Positions 1-12,794 of a stretch of DNA of 64,000 bases are shown piece by piece; the stretch's first letter is position 1; the number at the start of each line of letters is the position of its first letter. The translations under genes and the position numbers were made by a program. This DNA is from Octopus sinensis (Eukaryota). Below the pieces are notes generated by a model. That model made no database searches. It worked only from the letters and a program-made list of their open reading frames with translations, and had not been told where the DNA came from. The stretch is from positions 37,820,001-37,884,000 of the forward strand of contig NC_043001.1 in assembly GCF_006345805.1 (NCBI RefSeq). Reading direction: 5' to 3'.

Positions 1-253
1 CGGGGACGTAAACACACCAGCATCAGTTGTCAAGTGATGTTGTGGGGACAAACACAGACACAAAAACACACACATATACATATATATATGCATATATATG
101 ACGGGCTTCTTTCAGTTTCCGTCTACCAAATCCACTCACAAGGCTTTGGTTGGCCTGAGGCTATAGCAGAAGACACTTGCCCAAGGTGCCACGCAGTGGG
201 ACTGAACCCGGAGCCATGTGGTTTGTAAGCAAGCTACTTACCACACAGCCACT
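1..253 (-). mobile_element. tRNA-derived SINE (family 1)
   Basis: Reverse strand begins AGTGGCTGTGTGGTAAG (A-box-like) ... GGTTCAGTCCC (B-box-like), followed by CCTTGGGCAAGTGTCTT central motif and a CA/TA simple-repeat tail. Confidence 0.75.
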
Positions 254-569
254 CAAAACTTAGCTGATGAAAACATACATTAATATATTTTCTGTGAAAC
301 TATCATACAAAAACATTTGTTGTGTGAAAACATCTTTATACATTTACTTTCATATGCATGAACACATGCAAAAATGTAATTATTCCTTATGTTAAAAAAT
401 AAAGGTGTTTTATTCAAACAATATATATAGATATATATATATACAGACATATCACACACACATACATGCATGCATGCATGCACACATGCATACACCCACA
501 TACACACACACACCTGTATATATATATATATACTCCAACCTCTATTTGAACTATATATAGTTCAAATAG

Positions 570-868
570 AGGCTTAGTGTTTAGGGTATTCGGCTCATGA
601 TCAGAAGGTCATGAGTTCAAGTCCGACGTGTTGAGTCCTTGAGCAAGACACTTTATTTCACATTGATCCAGTCCACTCAGCTGGCAAAAATGAGTCGTAC
701 CTGTATTTCAAAGGGGACAGCCTTGTCACACTTTATGTCATGCTGAATCTCCCGTAGATCTACGTTAAGTGTGCACGTGTCTGTGGAGTAATCAGCCACT
801 TGCATGTTACTTTCACAAGCAGTCTCTTCATATCAGCTGGGAACCTTGTCGTAACCGACGGAGTGCTC
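570..868 (+). mobile_element. tRNA-derived SINE (family 2), head abutting a 34-bp palindrome
   Basis: Collinear with the fuller copy at 12406-12724 (GGCTTAGTG..., GTCCTTGAGCAAGACACTTTATTTCAC, CCAGTCCACTCAGCTGGCAAAAATGAG). Confidence 0.8.
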
Positions 869-959
869 CTATACATACATATAACTTGAAACATCCTACA
901 AAAGGACCATGATAGGATTCCAAATATACGTCCAAAGTAACATTGATTGGATGATACAG

Positions 960-1935
960 CTGGTACAGTGTAAAAAACTGCACTCAATCTCAAAGGAGAC
1001 ATTATGAATACAGACAAGAGCTTGACCTCCCTCATTAAGATAATAATGAGGACATACCACCAACTAAGGCAGATAAAAGTGTAAGACGAATGTCAAACAA
1101 GGAAAGCTCGAAGAAAATGTCAAGACACTGGTTAGGAAAACCATTGCATGAGAAATAGTCCAAACAAGCTGGGGAAGCCAGTGTAGATATGAAAATAATT
1201 CATCAGTGGCTGCAGAGCACTGGTCTGAAAACCAAAACAGAAGGATTTATCCTAGCAGCAAACGATCAGAGTCTCCTCATCTGGAACTATCAAGCTAATG
1301 TTATGCACAATGAAGGAGACACAAAATGCAGACTCTGTAATGACAATCGCCACAGCATTGACCACATTGATGCTGGTTGCATAGTCCTCGCCCCTACAGA
1401 ATTTAAAACCAAACTTGATTGAGTTGGCTGCTACATGCACTGGAGCATATGCCTTTGCTACAATGTCCCACACCCTAAGAACTGGCATGAACACTATCCA
1501 GAGCTAGTCACTGAAGGAGAGAATATTACTATCCTATAGAATTATGGGATACATACAGGCAAGCAAATAATTGCTAAGAGGCCAGACACTATTATCAAAG
1601 ATCTAAGTAAAAAAATGGACAGTGCATACTAATAGAAACATGTTAGCAAAGGAATTTGAAAAACTGTTGAAAAACAAGAACCTTGAGATTGAGATATCTA
1701 GGAGATGCCATTTAAAAAGCAAAACCATCCCTGTTGTTGTAGGTACCATGGGAATGATCAAGAAAGGTACTGACAAATTTTTCAACCAGATCCCAAGGAA
1801 ACAAGCAATCTATGAGGCTCAAAAAATCATATTGACATCAACTGATTACCTTCTCAAGAAGTTTCTTTCCATCTAATATATATGTGCCTTAGGTCTCTGT
1901 TTGAGACCTGGTCAGAAGATTAAATAAAGTGCAAG
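960..1935 (+). mobile_element. Degenerate R4/Dong-clade LINE 3' fragment (CCHC finger + restriction-like endonuclease)
   Basis: ORF pieces QWLQSTGLKTKTEGFILAANDQ, CRLC...HIDAGC, RPD..IKD and IPVVVGTMG; stops and frameshifts; followed by (TAA)n. Confidence 0.8.
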
Positions 1936-1944
1936 CCAAATGGA

Positions 1945-1961
1945 AAATAATAATAATAATG

Positions 1962-2015
<54 letters not shown>

Positions 2016-2083
2016 GTAATAGTAATAATAATAACAATAATAATAATAATAATAATAATATAATAATAATAATAATAATAATA

Positions 2084-2130
<47 letters not shown>

Positions 2131-2150
2131 TATAATAATAACAATAATAA
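1945..2150 (+). repeat. (TAA)n microsatellite
   Basis: About 200 bp of TAA/AAT repeats between LINE fragments. Confidence 0.97.
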
Positions 2151-2326
2151 TGTGGAACAAATAGGGGCTGCAATAAGGGTGGAGCACTTGCAGAAAAACA
2201 GCACTGCTTGGAACCATTCGAATACTCTGGAAGGTGCTCGAAAAATAAGAGGTGTTACCTTAATTCACTGGTAGTGAACAGCTGACACTGTAGTGCATCT
2301 CTGGCATTAGAAGCTGTGCAAAGGCA
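2151..2326 (+). mobile_element. Short R4/Dong LINE 3' end
   Basis: EQIGAAIRVEHLQKTALLG... C-terminus plus 3' UTR, nearly identical to 31646-31828; TAA repeats on both sides. Confidence 0.75.
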
Positions 2327-2345
2327 ATAATAATAATAATAATAA

Positions 2346-3660
2346 TCAGTTGATGTCAGATAGGAAAACAAGAAAAAGATAGGAAAACAAGAAAATCAGA
2401 TAGGAAAACAAGAAAAATAATGACAGGATCTAGGATGCATCACACAAAATCTGACACAGAAAGGCTATTCATACAACATATAGAAGGTGGTAGAGGCCTT
2501 ATAAAGCAGGAAAACTACTATAAAATAACCACCATAGGACTGCAAAAATACCTACTTCAGAAGCAAGAAAAACTGATACAAATAGCGGCAAAACACGAGT
2601 AAAACAAAAAATTGTTCTCAGTATTTAAGGAAGCTGACAAACACAAACAAGAAATCATACCACCTAACAAATATTAAGAAGAAGAAGAAGAACAAGAACA
2701 AGAAGAACAAGAAGAACGAGAAGAAGAAGAAAACACAACAAAAGAAATGAAATCAAAACTAAAACGAGAACAGCAACGGACCATGACAAAACGATGGCAG
2801 GAAAAGCCCCTTCATGGCAAGTATTGGACTAAACTAAATACAAAAGAAATAGACAAAGAAAAATCCCAGCAATGGTTGAGAAGCTCAGGACTCAAAGCAG
2901 AGCCAGAGGGATTTTTAATTGCAGCACAAGACCAAAGCCTCCCCACCAGAAATTACCAAAAACATGTAATGAAAAGAAATATAACAAGTAACTGCAGAAT
3001 ATGTGGAGATAGACAAGAAACAATAAATCAAATTATCTCTGGCTGCCCAGTCCTAGCTAAGAAGGAATATATTCACAGACACGACAGAGTTGGGACCTAC
3101 ATACACTTTAAGCTATGCCAACATTATGGAATAACAACAGAAAAAAGATGGTATAGACACACACCATAAAAGGTCACAGAAAACGAGAAAGCAACCATAC
3201 TCTGGGATATGCCAATACACACAGATAGAGAAATTAAGGCCAACAGACCAGATATAGTTGTCAGAGATCATGAAGAAAAAAAATGCTTTCTAATTGATGT
3301 ATCAATACCAGCAGATGACAAGGTATCTCTAAAAGAAATGGAGAAACTTTCAAAATACAAAGACCTGGAAATAGAGGTAACTAGAATGTGGAATCTAAAA
3401 ACAGAAACAATTCCTATCATAGTAGGTGCATTAGGCATGATAAAAAAATATTCAGACAAATACATAACAAAAACACCAGGACTTACAAACACATATAACA
3501 TACAGAAAATTGCACTACTAGGCACTGCACACATCCTACGCAGAACACTTTCAATACAGTAACCATAAGAGCATCACAACAAATCACAGCACATACCTAA
3601 GGCACACAGAGCTGCACTCGGTAGTGAAGTGAAAGCACGTTATAAAAATAAAACTACTGA
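2346..3660 (+). mobile_element. 5'-truncated young R4/Dong LINE (thumb, poly-Glu tract, CCHC, RLE endonuclease)
   Basis: ORFs 2420-2602, 2747-3169, 3209-3562 with CRICG...SGC and RPDIVV...IDVSIP motifs; high identity to 37670-39026; TAA flanks. Confidence 0.9.
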
Positions 3661-3680
3661 ATGATAATAATCATAATAAT

Positions 3681-4239
3681 AAATGCCCTGATGCAGTACC
3701 AGGCAGTGGCTCTCATGGCTACTAATCTTAACTGATTGGAAGTGTTATTACGTACATTGTTTTATCTTGGTATAAAAGATAGGCTACAGCAAATATTCTG
3801 CTCAATATGACAGATTTGCTTGTCAGTTGTTTGACCTTAACCAATTGATCATGTCCCTTAGTGGCTGACGATATGTGCATCTCTGATCATGAGCAGAAGT
3901 AGTGGGGGAGCATGATAGCCATGTGTGGAGAGGGATTCTTTGGGGTTTGAATAATTCACCTCTGGAAACATGGGTGTTTTATTCAACATCCTTAAACAAC
4001 ACTTATTCAGGAACCTTTTGAGTGAGATGGGTTACTTGACCAGAAGAAAATTCTAACTGGGCCCCACCTGCAAGGTCATATGCTGTTTATCTTGATATGA
4101 GATCACCATGTTGCACACATATGGTTGTGATGCATGTGCCTAGTGTACCCTTATCAGACGGGTAGTCATGATGGGTATACTGGGCTTTGTATATTTTACC
4201 CAAGTGTCACTTTGATGGCATGCACTGTTCTCTCACTCA
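3681..4239 (+). mobile_element. ~560-bp non-coding interspersed repeat flanked by (TAA)n (copy 1 of 3)
   Basis: Same sequence and same ends as 34831-35379 (+) and 62035-62714 (-). Confidence 0.8.
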
Positions 4240-4280
4240 ATAATAATAATAGTAATTATAATGATAATAATAATAATAAC

Positions 4281-4760
4281 CGAGTTGAAAGAGTACTGGA
4301 ATCAGATAAATATAAGATTTTGTGAGACTTTCCTATTCAAACAGACAAGAAGTTAGAAAACAATAGACCAGACACAAGGACTATAGATGAAGAAAAGTGA
4401 AGTTGCATACTAATTTACCTGTCAAGTCCGTTTTATTCCAGGATCTTAAAGAAAGAGGAGGAAAAACAAAAAAATACAAAATAGGAAGAAATTGGAGCAT
4501 GGAAACTGTTAAGGTCATCCTATAATAATCAGTGTGTTGGTAAGAGTAAGCAAAGATATAGACAAATGGCCAAAAGAGATTGGAACAGAATGCCCTGCAC
4601 AGCTCCTACAGAGAGTTTTTCTCTTAGGGACAGTAAGGATTATCAGGAGGGTTCTGAACACTTGAAAGACTACTGAAAACTTGTGGATAGCTAAGGTTAC
4701 AGGTAGTAACCTGCTACCCGTATAAATCCTACCAGGAATAAGACCGAACCTGAGTCAAAC
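4281..4760 (+). mobile_element. Old R4/Dong RLE-domain 3' fragment
   Basis: Reads RVERVLESDKYKIL.DFPIQTDKKLENNRPD; ends in (TAA)n. Confidence 0.7.
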
Positions 4761-4762
4761 CA

Positions 4763-4809
<47 letters not shown>

Positions 4810-4907
4810 TAATAATAATAATCCTTTCTACTATAGGCACAAGGCCTGAAATTTGACTGGTACTTAAAAAATAATGTTTTCTTTATTAACCACTAAAGTG
4901 TTCACAG

Positions 4908-4939
<32 letters not shown>

Positions 4940-4961
4940 GTGGTGGTAGTGGTGGTGGTGG

Positions 4962-5004
<43 letters not shown>

Positions 5005-5005
5005 A
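4908..5005 (+). repeat. (GAT)n/(GGT)n microsatellite
   Basis: Direct reading. Confidence 0.95.
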
Positions 5006-5284
5006 ACTAGTACTGATAACTGTAATGCATAATGTGAAACGCATCTCAGTTGCAGCTGCTTGATAAAGGAGAATGATAACAACAGTTACCACTAAAGACA
5101 AAATAGACTCCTTACTAATAGAAACAGAAATTTTTATCAGTAATGATGGTGGTGGTGGGCAGGATCACGATGATAACAAAATCTTCTATATGATAATTTA
5201 TTATCAAAACATTTGAAAAAGGAATTGCATGTTCTACTTGTATTTATAAAATCATTGTAACTGAGAGACTTAATTGCAAGCAGA

Positions 5285-5351
5285 ATGTCTATATTACAAG
5301 TCACAAAAATTAGTTGCTTTTTACTGATTGGAATCCTTCCATACGCATTCG
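5285..5351 (+). CDS. MAM-domain gene exon 1 (signal peptide MSILQVTKISCFLLIGILPYAF-G)
   Basis: ATG, hydrophobic core, AFG cleavage-like site, strong phase-1 donor G|GTAAGA that matches the phase of the next exon. Confidence 0.75.
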
Positions 5352-5628
5352 GTAAGACATTAATAGATTCATTTTCAAATAACAAATACTTTATATTAGC
5401 CTATTTGATATCTGTATACCTAGGACATTGTGTGGAAAAAAACTGTGCGGTTGTATATCAATCACTCTTAAAGCTCTCAGGTACACAGGTACACACACAC
5501 ACAAACGCGCAAACACACAAATAAACAAACACACAAACACATTCACATGCTGAAACTCATAACACATGTACATGCACACACTGTACATACATTACATACA
5601 TTCAAATACATGCATGCACAGTCACATA

Positions 5629-6891
5629 TCAGATCATATCATAAGTAATGTCTGGATTTTAAATAAGGAAAACAAGCGATCGAATCTTACATTTTAATGA
5701 AACTTAATCATCAATATCGTTTCCATGATTATCTATGACGTCTTTCCATCTACTTGTAAACTTTTTAATCCCATGAGTAAAATGCTATTTCAGTTTCGAA
5801 GAGAAGAACTCTAAAAGGTTAGTTTTGACTTACTCAGTTGTTTCGAGAGTTAATCTAACCAAAATATTCTGTAAACTACGGAATAAATGGTAATCGGAAG
5901 GTCTGGGGAATAATGCGGCTGAACAATTTTCTTCCAGCCAAGTTCCTTGATCTTCAGTGATGTGATCTTTACAGAGTGGAGGTCTTGCTTTGTCCTGATG
6001 AAACAACACACCCTCTCGGTTCACTATAGCAGGACTTTTTTTCTTCAAAGCAGCATGCAAATGCTCTAACTGCTGACAGTAGATTTGAGCATTGATTGTT
6101 GCATTAGTTGGTAGCAACTCAAAGTGGATGCTTCCTTTGGAATCCCACCAAACAGAGAGAGAAAAGCCTTCTTCACATGGAGTTCCCATTCTGGTTGTGG
6201 TTGGGCCCTCTCCCCCTCACCAAGCCAATGTCTAGAACTCTTAACATTTTGGTGGTGGACCCATTTTTCATCACCAGTCACCTCTCTATCCCACGGGAAT
6301 GAAGAGAAGAGCTGAAGTCCATTCGGGATTTACGGCTGGCTTCTGACACTTCATAAGGCACCCATTTGTGAGTTTAAGGGCCTTCCCAAGCTCTTGAAGA
6401 TGGTAGTGAACAGTTGTATGACATGAGCAAAGCTTGTTTCCCAATTATTCAACTAAAACTGTATGATCTTTTTCAAGTTCTTCCAAAATGAGCTAGTCAT
6501 CATACTCAATTGGACGTTCTGGTCTGGCCTCATCTTCAAGCGTGAAATTTCCAAATCTGAATTTTACAAAACATCTTCTGCAAGTTCTTTTATTCATGCA
6601 TTCTTGTCCATAATCTGGGTGAATATTTCAACTCATTTCAGTTACTGAGTTCCCTTTTGTAAACTCATAATGTATTATGTGCTTCAAATGCTCCTTAGAC
6701 TATTTCATGTTTAAAGAGCTCTGATTAATGAAATTTCAATTACATTATCCTGCAAAATGAAATCTAATTAGTTGAAATATGCTCAAATACATATAAATGT
6801 TACTTGATGTCATTAGACATTCTAAAATACTGTTAAAGCATTTAGAAATTGACAATAAAGAAGTCTGGACATTACTTATGGGGTGACCTAA
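5629..6891 (-). mobile_element. Full-length degenerate mariner transposon
   Basis: TA-flanked imperfect TIRs (TCAGATCATATCATAAGTAATGTC / TTAGGTCACCCCATAAGTAATGTC), ~1.26 kb, transposase motifs TGDEKWV, VWWDSKG, LFHQD.ARP, PSDYHLFRSL in broken frames. Confidence 0.88.
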
Positions 6892-7099
6892 TATTTATGT
6901 GCACGTGATTATACCCATAAATATATACATGCATTTATATGCACACATATATGCAGTACTGCAGTAATCATTTTTATGAGCACTATTATATTCATGTCTT
7001 GAGCAAAACTTGTTCTCTGCTGCAACTGCTGCCCAGGTGACAAGATCGTTTTTAGTCAGTCACATGTCATGCCTGCACGTATCTTTGTATCTCAAGAAC

Positions 7100-8200
7100 A
7101 GGTGACCTTTACCTTTTTGTTCAAATGTTGATTGCAGTATTTTCTTCCTTTTTTACCAGAATACATCTCCCTGATATTATTTGTGTCTTAGGTTTGTAAG
7201 AGAGAGTTGGAGAGGAGTGAATCATTATTAATGCTTATTCTGAATATTTTCTAAATTCTGATTTTAGCTGTAACAACTGTTTGGTTGTCCTCTGTAGAAG
7301 GCAAGATTTTGTAGGCTTCGAGAGTCTATATTTTGCAGCATCAAAGTGATCAAAACTTTCTAAATAGAATGAGTGCCAATTATTTTTCTACACGCATTGC
7401 TTGCTCTCAAAACATTCTATTGCAACAGTGTGAAAGACTGTTTTGAGTTTGTTCAAGGGTTGTATGTCATTTAATGTTCTACAGTTTCCCTAGAAGACTT
7501 CTAAGAGCAATGTGCTGAAGTGGGCAGACCTTTCTGGCTTTGTTACATTCAGGAATATCAACCCTTCTGTCTTTGATCAATGAACTGTCTTGGTTACAGC
7601 TTGATCTTGGTAAAAATTATCAAGATTCTTTTTCTAGGAAATATGTGATGTGACTGTCCAGTTGACTGTACAACTTAACATTAATGTCATCAACAGCAGT
7701 AAATCTAGTGTCATATATACAAAGAAGATCAAATCTTGTATAGGGAAAGCATACACTTTGTATCTGAGCCAAAAGGCTTCAAGAAATGTATTCAAGACAA
7801 CAAACAAAACACTGAGTTCATGAGTTTCATAGTTCCTCTTGCCTTACCAGAAGACTGAGTAGTCAGCTCCTCTTAGATTCTGACTGACAGATAACTTGGA
7901 GAGCGATTGTGCATATGAAAATCTAACCAGGAGATTTGAATATAGATTTACAATGTGAACACTAATCAATTGTACTGATACCTTAAGCTAAATTAGTTGA
8001 TGTTAAATAACTTATTCATAACTGCTTAGTTGGGTACAACAAGATAAATTGATTAAAAGAATAAAATATAAAAGTGTAAAAAATAAAGTTAAAGGCAATC
8101 GAAATTTTAAGGTGATCATTGAAACAACAATGCCAGAATTACCTCAAACAAGGAAGCAAAGAAAATGAGATAGGGAATTAAGCCTCAAAAGAAGGTGGGT
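7100..8200 (-). mobile_element. Possible highly decayed hAT-type transposase remnant
   Basis: Minus-strand fragments resembling the hAT dimerisation region (VT..ERS..FSTL, SL.LLAIE); no termini found. Confidence 0.3.
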
Positions 8201-8637
8201 TGTGGAGAGAGTAACTAACTGTACACTGCAGTCTAAACAATGTGTTCAACTGTGCCTTGCGGACATAATAGCAAAGGGATTGCCATGGGGAATGCATAGT
8301 TGTGTCATGTTATGATTTCAAATATAGACACAGACCAAACATTTGAGTGAAGAGAACGTAAAAGGTAAGAATTCTATTCTAAATGAAGGAATGTAAGCTA
8401 TTAAAACTGAGTCACTTGTTTAACATGAAGTCTAAAATATAACAATTTTAATTCACTTACTCAATTAACTCTTTTGAGAGGCATGAGCATCACAGAATCT
8501 CATTTCTCCTTCCGTATTAAATTTAATACTTTGAGTATATATGAAAAAACATTGATATTAAAAATAAATAAATAAAATTATTCTTGTACACAAAACTTTC
8601 AGGAAGCTAATAGTGTTTGTATTTTCATAATATAAAG

Positions 8638-8739
8638 GTTCCTGGGAATGTAGTTTCCAAAAGGGAAAGTGTCATTGGTCTACTGGAAAGGAATATTGCA
8701 ACTGGAAATGGACAAACAAGCAACTTGATGGAGTTAAAG
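8638..8739 (+). CDS. MAM-domain gene exon 2 (SWECSFQKGKCHWSTGKEYCNWKWTNKQLDGVK)
   Basis: AAG acceptor, G|GTGAGA donor, phase 1-1, and the C-x-F-x-x-G-x-C-x-W...W-x-W start typical of MAM domains. Confidence 0.78.
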
Positions 8740-9249
8740 GTGAGATTTTTTTCCCTTTTTTTCTCTGTAAGCTTGAGAAATGTTAGTATTACAAAGTCGT
8801 CTTTTTTCTTCGTTTTCACACATCTTATTTTTACCTTCTTATTAATAGAACAGACAAAAATGTCTGAGTGAATATGAAGGAATCTTTACTTAGTTGATGA
8901 TATCCTAGAAATAGCAGCCAAATTATTCTTAAATCACATACTGGTAGCTTAAAAGAGGAATGATACATCAGACTAAATAAAGCAACTATATACAAACAGA
9001 TGAGATGGTCATGGTTGGAATTCACAAGCAGGTCAAGCAGAACTCAGCACCTTCTCTTTTGATTCATCAGTCATAATTTTCTCCTGTTACTTATATAAGT
9101 GAAATATATGCCCTCATGGTACTGGCTTGAAACCAGGTGAACTGACAGTTGTTGAGAGTTAAGTGATTTTGCACAAAGCAAGCTCTCAGCCAATTACAAG
9201 TCTCATAATGAACATACCCTCAACAGAAATGATATTCTAGGTTTTAGCA

Positions 9250-9555
9250 CTTTTGATGCCAGTACCCACTGACTGGACCCTGTGCAGGTGGCACATAAAA
9301 AGCACTATCTGAATGTGATCAATACCAGGTCCACCTGACTGGCCCCTGTGCTGGTGCCACATAAAAAGCACCCACTACACTCTTGGAGTGGTTGGCATTA
9401 GGAAGGGCATCCAGCTGTAGAAACATTGCCAGATCAGATTGGAGCCTGGTGCAGCCACTGGCTCTCAGTCAAACCATCCAACTCATGCCAGCATGGAAAA
9501 CAGACGTTAAATGATGATGATGATGATGATGATGATGATAGAGGTGATGATGATG
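9250..9555 (+). mobile_element. RTE LINE 3' UTR fragment with (GAT)n tail
   Basis: GGTGGCACATAAAAAGCAC repeats, TTGGCATTAGGAAGGGCATCCAGCTGTAGAAAC motif, GAT tail. Confidence 0.85.
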
Positions 9556-9923
9556 AAAGGGCTGTAACCAAAACCTTTGCAGACCCTGTAGGAGTTTACA
9601 TATATGTATATGCCCATACATATATACCATCAGCAGCAGCATCAACATTGTTTAATGCCCACATTTTCATGCTTGCATCACTTGGATGGAATTTTTGGCA
9701 GGGTATATTTTCTACAAGCAGATGCCCTTCCTGAAGAGCAGGCATGTTTTCATGGAAGATTGGAAATGAAGGACACCCCTTGCATGACAGTGACATTCAT
9801 TTAATCACATGAAGTCAAGGCAAAGAAACAGTAATGCACACGTACACACACACACACATAGATATATATATATATATATATCTTTTACTTGTATTACTCA
9901 TTAGACTGTGGCCATATATATAT

Positions 9924-9925
<2 letters not shown>

Positions 9926-9998
<73 letters not shown>

Positions 9999-12066
9999 GT
10001 TTAACGTCCATTTTCCATGCTGGCATGTGTTGGACAGTTTGACTGAGGTCTGGAGAGCCAGCAACTGCACCAGGCTCCAATATGATCTGGCAATGTTTCT
10101 ACAGCTGGATGCCCTTCCTAACCTCAACCACTCCGAGAATGCAGTGGGTGCTTTTTACATGCCACTAGCACAGGAGCCAGTCAGGTGGGGGTACTGGCAT
10201 TGGCCACATTTGGTTAGGGCTTTTTTGTGTGCCCCCAGCATGGGAACCAGTCAGGGGACAATGGCCACAGTTATGATATTGGTTTTACTTGACTCAACAG
10301 GTCTTCTCAATCATATCATATTGCCCGACACATCAGGAACATTCTTAACAGGGCCAGACATGCATGGCTTCTATCTCACTTTAGATGCCTGGTCTTCTTA
10401 AACACAGCATATCTCCAAAGGTCTTGGTCTCCTGTCATTCCCTCTGTGAGGCCCAATGTTCGAAAATCATGCTTCATCACCTCATCCCATATCTTTCTGG
10501 ATTTACCGCTTCCACAGGTTCCTTCCACAGTTAGAGAGTGGCAGTTCCTCACACAGTTCTGCTCATCCATGCATAACACATGACCATACCAGCGCAGTGG
10601 CCTCTCTTGCACACCACATCTGATGCTTCTTACACCCAACTTTTCTCTCAGGGCACTTACTCTGTTGTGTATGCACAATAAGATTACATATCCAGCGGAT
10701 CATAGTAGCTTCATTTCTTTCAAGCCAACGCATGTCCTCAGCATTCATGGTCAATGTTTCATTGCCATGTAGTATAGTAGTTCGCACACATGCATCATAC
10801 AGTCTACCTTTCATCCTGAGTGAGAGGCCCTTAGTGGCCAGCAGAGGTAGGGGCCACCTGAGCTTTGCCTAGGCTATTCTTACTCTAGTTGCTGCACTCT
10901 CAGAGCAACTACCACCACTACAGACTTGGTCGCCTAGGTAGCAGAGGCTATTTACTACTTGTAGTTTCTCTCCTTGGAATGTGACAGAAGCTGTTTTCTG
11001 TACATCTTTAGTGTTTATTTCCCTGTGCATCTGCAACACAAAAAAACTATTTGCCTGGTTAACGTCCTTTGATATTGCTGCACCTTTTATGTGTTCATTG
11101 ATTATACCAGATACATCGTATGGAGTTTCTACCCATGCCTTTTCTACAGATCGAGCAGGGCTATCTACCTGAAAGGGATTGTGATTTGACAGCCTTCCTA
11201 CTTACTAGAACTTTGGTTTTTGCTAGGTTAACCCTAAAACCCTTCGATTCTAGACCTTGCTTCCACTCCCTAAACTTCGTCTCTGGTTCTGTCAGTGACT
11301 TGGCTATTAGAGCAAGGTCATCAGCATAGATATAGTCCTCTGCTATTACCTGGAGGACTATAATGAATAAGAGGGGCTGAGGATAGATCCTTGGTGAACT
11401 CCTACTTCTACTCAGAATTCTTCACTATACTCGTTGACAACCCTCACCTTACTGACAGCATCCCTGTACAGGGCTTGTACAGCTCTAATCAGCCACTCAT
11501 CTATCCCCAGTTTCTGCATTGACCATCAGATAAGAGATCAGGGGACCCTGTCAAAGGCTTTCCCCAAGTCAACAAAAGCCAAGTACAGAGGTTTATCTTT
11601 GGGTAGATATTTTTCCTGCAGTTGCCTTACAAAAACTATAGCATCAGTGGTGCTTCTGCCTGGTACAAAACCAAACTGCATCTCATGTAGGCTAACTCTC
11701 TCCCTAATTAGTTGGGCTATGATTCTCTCTGTAACTTTCATCACCTGATCCAATAATTTGATACCCCTGTAGTTATTTCTGTCTAAAGCATCACCTTTAA
11801 CTTTGTAGCAGTTGACTATGGTGCTGCTTTACCAGTCATTGGGTATGACTCCTTCATGAACCACCTGATTTACTATGCGGGTGACATGACCATAACCCAC
11901 ACCATCCGATATTTTAAGCATCCCACAAGTGATTCCTGATGGGCCAGGTGCTTTCCCTGTCTTCATATCCTCAATTGCTTTATCTACCAGGGTACTGTTG
12001 ATTTGGGGAGCTGGTCTCTCAACTGGGTCAACCTTTGGCAGACTCTCCTCCTCCCATTTATTCTCC
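9926..12066 (-). mobile_element. 5'-truncated, degenerate RTE LINE (RT, C-terminus, 3' UTR, tail)
   Basis: Minus ORFs (KTGKAPGPSGIT, QFGFVPGRSTTDA, FVDLGKAFDRVP, KGRLYDACVRT) collinear with the 54.4-57.7 kb element; (CAT)n on + strand is the tail. Confidence 0.92.
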
Positions 12067-12172
12067 ACATCTGAAAGACTGGTGAAGAGATACCACCACG
12101 CTAGAGATAGCAGTCAAAACTTGAATCTAAAACTACTTCATAAATTCATACAGCACAAGGTGAAAAGACAAA

Positions 12173-12174
<2 letters not shown>

Positions 12175-12210
<36 letters not shown>

Positions 12211-12213
12211 TAA

Positions 12214-12245
<32 letters not shown>

Positions 12246-12312
12246 TTAGATAGATAGATAGATGGATGGATATATAGATAGATAGATAAATAGATAGATA
12301 TATAGATAGATG

Positions 12313-12379
<67 letters not shown>

Positions 12380-12404
12380 ATATATATGTATATATATATA
12401 TGTG
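12175..12404. repeat. Compound (TA)n/(GATA)n/(TG)n microsatellite
   Basis: Direct reading. Confidence 0.95.
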
Positions 12405-12405
12405 A

Positions 12406-12724
12406 GGGCGCGTGGCTTAGTGGTTAGGGCATTCGGCTCATGATCGTAAGGTTGTGAGTTTGATTCCCGGCGACGCGTTGTGTCCTTGAGCAAGACACTT
12501 TATTTCACGTTGCTCCAGTCCACTCAGCTGGCAAAAATGAGTTGTACTTGTATTTCAAAGGGTCAGCCTTGTCACTCTCTGTGTCACGTTGATTATCCCC
12601 GAGAACTACGTTAAGGGTACACGTGTCTGTGGAATGCTCAGCCATTTGCACGTTAATTTCACGAGCAAGCTGTTCCGTTGATCGTATCAGCTGGGACCCT
12701 CGTCGTCGTAACCGGCGGAGTCTT
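12406..12724 (+). mobile_element. tRNA-derived SINE (family 2), near full length
   Basis: GGGCGCGTGGCTTAGTGGTTAGG A box, GAGTTTGATTCCC B box, TGTGTCCTTGAGCAAGACACTT central domain, TA tail. Confidence 0.85.
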
Positions 12725-12728
12725 TAAA

Positions 12729-12759
<31 letters not shown>

Positions 12760-12794
12760 ATATATATATATATATATAATATATATATATATAA

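Noticed and set aside
1889-2217. Poly-N/I/Y/L ORFs, and similar YI, HT, D and M runs across the window
   Set aside because: Translations of TAA, TA, CA and GAT microsatellites; no coding evidence.
12406-12480. Functional tRNA gene
   Set aside because: No complete cloverleaf, and it continues into a SINE body present twice in the window.
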